Assembly: GCA_963818745.1 (NCBI GenBank)
Contig: CAWFTI010000001.1
Coordinates: forward strand, 47,345-111,344
Length of the DNA stretch: 64,000 nucleotides
Reading direction: 5' to 3'
DNA from: Thermoplasmatota archaeon
Lineage (GTDB): Archaea; Thermoplasmatota; Thermoplasmata; UBA10834
Shown: piece by piece, positions 61,443 through 64,000 of the stretch
How the letters are laid out: each line of letters opens with the position of its first letter
Numbering within the stretch: the stretch's first letter is position 1
Notes under the pieces: generated by a model
Databases searched by the model: none
Seen by the model: the letters and a program-made list of their open reading frames with translations, nothing else
What the model was told of the DNA's origin: nothing
Program-made: the position numbers and the translations under genes

Positions 61443-62314
61443 GGCCGTTGGTTTCGGACGAGCTGTGCAAGGTGTGCCCCGGCGGAGAGAACGAGATAGT
61501 GCACGTGGACTGCGTGACGCACAAGTACCCCGACGGCACGAAGGGCATCCACAACATGTGCTTCAGGGTCTACCCCAAGGAGATCGTGGCGCTCTGCGGG
61601 CCGAACGGGGCGGGCAAGTCCACCCTGATCGAGCACATCAACGGCCTCATGATGCCCGACGTGGGCAGGGTGCGGATATTCGGGGCCGAGGTCGACAAGA
61701 GGAACCTGACCGCCATAAGGAAGCTGGTGGGCCTGGTGTTCCAGAACGCCGATTCCCAGCTGTTCTCCCCGACCGTGCTCGAGGACGTGATGTTCGGCCC
61801 CCTAAGCTCCGGGATGTCCGTCGAGGACGCGAGGAAGCGGGCCGAGTGGGCCCTAGGGGTCGTCGGGATCAAGGAGACGGGCAAGATACCTCACTACCTG
61901 AGCGGCGGCCAGAAACGGCTCGTCGCGATAGCGGGCGTGCTCGCGATGCAGCCCAAGATACTCGTGGCGGACGAGCCGACCGGGGACCTCGACCCGTCGA
62001 ACGCGAGGATGGTCGAGGGGCTCCTGAGATCGCTCAGGGACGAGCACGGGATCAGCGTGGTCGTCGCGATGCACGACATGGACCTGGCCCTGAGACTCGC
62101 CGACCGCATCTGCATAGTCAGGGACGGCAGCATCATCGCCGAGGGAAGACCGGAGCAGGTGCTGTACGACGAGCCGTTGCTGCGCTCGGCGGGGCTGGAG
62201 CTCCCGACGGTGGCGAAGCTGTTCAAGGAGATGGGGTTCGACGACGGAGTGACGAAGAGGCCGAGGAACCTGCAGGAGCTGGAATCGGCGTTGCGCGCGC
62301 CTACACGCGCCTAG
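61439..62314 (+). CDS. cbiO: ECF transporter ATPase CbiO
   Basis: GPNGAGKST, FQNADSQLFSPTV.EDV.FGP, LSGGQKR, ADEPTGDLD. Confidence 0.92.
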   Translation: MRPLVSDELCKVCPGGENEIVHVDCVTHKYPDGTKGIHNMCFRVYPKEIVALCGPNGAGKSTLIEHINGLMMPDVGRVRIFGAEVDKRNLTAIRKLVGLVFQNADSQLFSPTVLEDVMFGPLSSGMSVEDARKRAEWALGVVGIKETGKIPHYLSGGQKRLVAIAGVLAMQPKILVADEPTGDLDPSNARMVEGLLRSLRDEHGISVVVAMHDMDLALRLADRICIVRDGSIIAEGRPEQVLYDEPLLRSAGLELPTVAKLFKEMGFDDGVTKRPRNLQELESALRAPTRA

Positions 62315-62384
62315 ATGGCCTCTGCTGGATGGCAGAGAAAACCAAAACTTAAGAGGTTTCGGGAAGCGGTTTCAGGACCGGGAC

Positions 62385-64000
62385 CTAGAGTTCTTCTTCC
62401 TCTGGAGGCGCCGGGGGCTCATCCTCGTCCTCCATCTCGTCGTCGGCATCCTCGTCCTTCTTCGGGGCCTTCTTCGATGGAGCGCCGCCCTTGCCCTTCT
62501 TCATGAACAGCATGATGGCGGCTGCGACCACTATGACCGCTGCCAGCGCTGCGAGTGCCCACCAGTACTGCTCGATGAAGGTCGCGCTCTTCTCCTCGAC
62601 GGTGATGCTCACGGAATCGCTGCTCGTCAGGCCGTCCTCGTCCTCGACCGTCAGCGTGACATCGTACTCGCCGGGTATGTCGAACGTGAACTCGACCTCG
62701 GCGCCGTACCTGGTGACCGTCTCGCCGTCGTACTCGAAGGTCCATGTGTAGTTCAGGGCCTCCGCGCCTCCGTCGTCCGTCGAACCAGTGCCGTCCAGAG
62801 TGACCGTGTCGCCCTCGGTGACGATCTGGTCGTCACCTGCGTCCGCAGTGGGGGCCGCGTTCTCCGGGAGCACATGCACGACGACCTCGTCGGTGTCTGA
62901 CAAGCCCTCGTCGTCCACGACCGTCAGCATGATCGTGAAGTCACCCTCGTTCTCGAAGGTGTACTCGGGCTCCACGCCGGTCAGTATCTGGCTGGTCACA
63001 TCCGTGAAGGTCCACGTGTACGACGCGATTCCCACGTTGTCGCTCGATCCCGTGCCGTTCAGGGTCACTGTGCCGCCCACGACCACCGAGACGTCCTCTC
63101 CCGCATCCGCGAAGGGCGCTTCGGTGTCGATGACGGTGATCACCACCGTGTCGGTATCCGAGTTGAGGGCCGCGTCCTCGACCGTCAGGGTCACGGTGAA
63201 CACCCCCGCGTTCTCGAAGGTGTAGGTAGCCGTCTCGTCCGGGAGGCTCTGCGCCCCATCGTCGCCGAAGGTCCACTCCCAGCTGACGATGTCGACATTG
63301 TCGCTCGACCCGCCGGCATCCAAAGTAACCTCCGTGCCCATGTCGACCTCCTGGTTGGCACCCGCATCGGCGGTCGGGTCGGTCACATCGGCTACGGTCA
63401 CGACCATCTCGTCCACAGAGGACGTCTGGCCTATCGTGTCCTCAACAACGAGCTCGACATGGTACGTGTCGGGTTGGGAGAACGTGTACTCGGGGGCGAC
63501 CCCGTACATCTCGACATCCAGCTCGACTATGGTCCAGGTGTAGTTGTCTATGCCCAGGTCGTCGGAGGAGTCTACTCCGTCGAAGCTCACCGCGGTGTCC
63601 TCGTCGACTGACTGGTCAGGGCCGGCATCGGCCACTGGGATCTCATCGGCCGAGACGGATATCAGAACTGTATCCGTCGCCGAGTGCCCTGCACCGTCCA
63701 CGACCGTCAGCGTGACGAGGTAGTCTCCGACCGCGTCGAACACGACATCGCACAGTCATCCCGTCCAGGACGACGGTGCTGCCCAGGGAGTCTTCGTACT
63801 CCCATGTGTAGCTGACGATTCCGACGTTGTCCGAGGAACCGCCCGCGTCAAGGGTGACCGTCGTGTTGACTACCGGTGTCTGGTCGCTGCCAGCATCGGC
63901 CACCGGCACCTCGTTGTCCACCGTCATGTTGGTCATGGTGAAGTACCCGTGCGAGCCGAAATCGGATGCGATGAACATCGTCTTGTACGCGACGCTCGGC
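62385..64000 (-). CDS. multi-PKD-domain cell-surface protein with C-terminal TM and acidic tail (partial, 5' part outside window; frameshift ~63745)
   Basis: Five repeats of P.ADAG.DQ.V.....V.LD..GS.D..GI..Y.W.F; TM YWWALAALAAVIVVAAAIMLFM followed by KKGK...EEEEL. Confidence 0.88.

Noticed and set aside
2341-63750. About 20 genes split by frameshifts, suggesting mass pseudogenisation or programmed frameshifting
   Set aside because: Breaks hit conserved genes (idsA, bud32, arcS, rdgB, kamA, larE), appear to be single-base indels with intact motifs on both sides, and share no slippery site. This is typical of unpolished long-read consensus.
62385-64000. Recurring nucleotide motifs (e.g. GCATCGGC/GCATCCGC) as a DNA repeat array
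   Set aside because: They encode the ADAG motif of tandem PKD domains; this is a protein-level repeat only.

Overview
High-GC archaeal chromosome segment, most consistent with Thermoplasmata (archaeal eIF2-alpha/S27e/L44e, Alba, RadB, Bud32, pelota, ABCE1, ArcS, ipk-fni-idsA, and a stand-alone 5S rRNA unlinked to 16S/23S). About 60 genes, mostly housekeeping, plus tRNA-Pro(UGG). Roughly 20 genes, including essential ones, are split by 1-nt indels. This points to uncorrected long-read errors rather than real pseudogenes. No CRISPR array or integrase was seen. Three things stand out. (1) A ~214-nt 5S rRNA whose canonical core is interrupted by a ~98-nt multi-hairpin insertion, near the site known from Halococcus. 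(2) A 1369-bp tnpB-only element bounded by terminal inverted repeats that match the IS6 family (GGTTCTGTTGCA...), with a structured omega-RNA-like 3' end and His in place of the RuvC-III catalytic Asp. (3) An animal-like thioester alpha-2-macroglobulin (GCGEQ) with a predicted transmembrane hairpin in the bait region. Secondary items are a giant FG-GAP/PKD surface protein with a cytoplasmic longin-like tail, a clostripain homolog lacking both catalytic residues, a TusA-DsrE2-DsrHEF sulfur-relay operon, a compact AOR-like pair, an arsenic cluster and a 28-aa sORF. All calls come from motif recognition by eye; no database searches were run.
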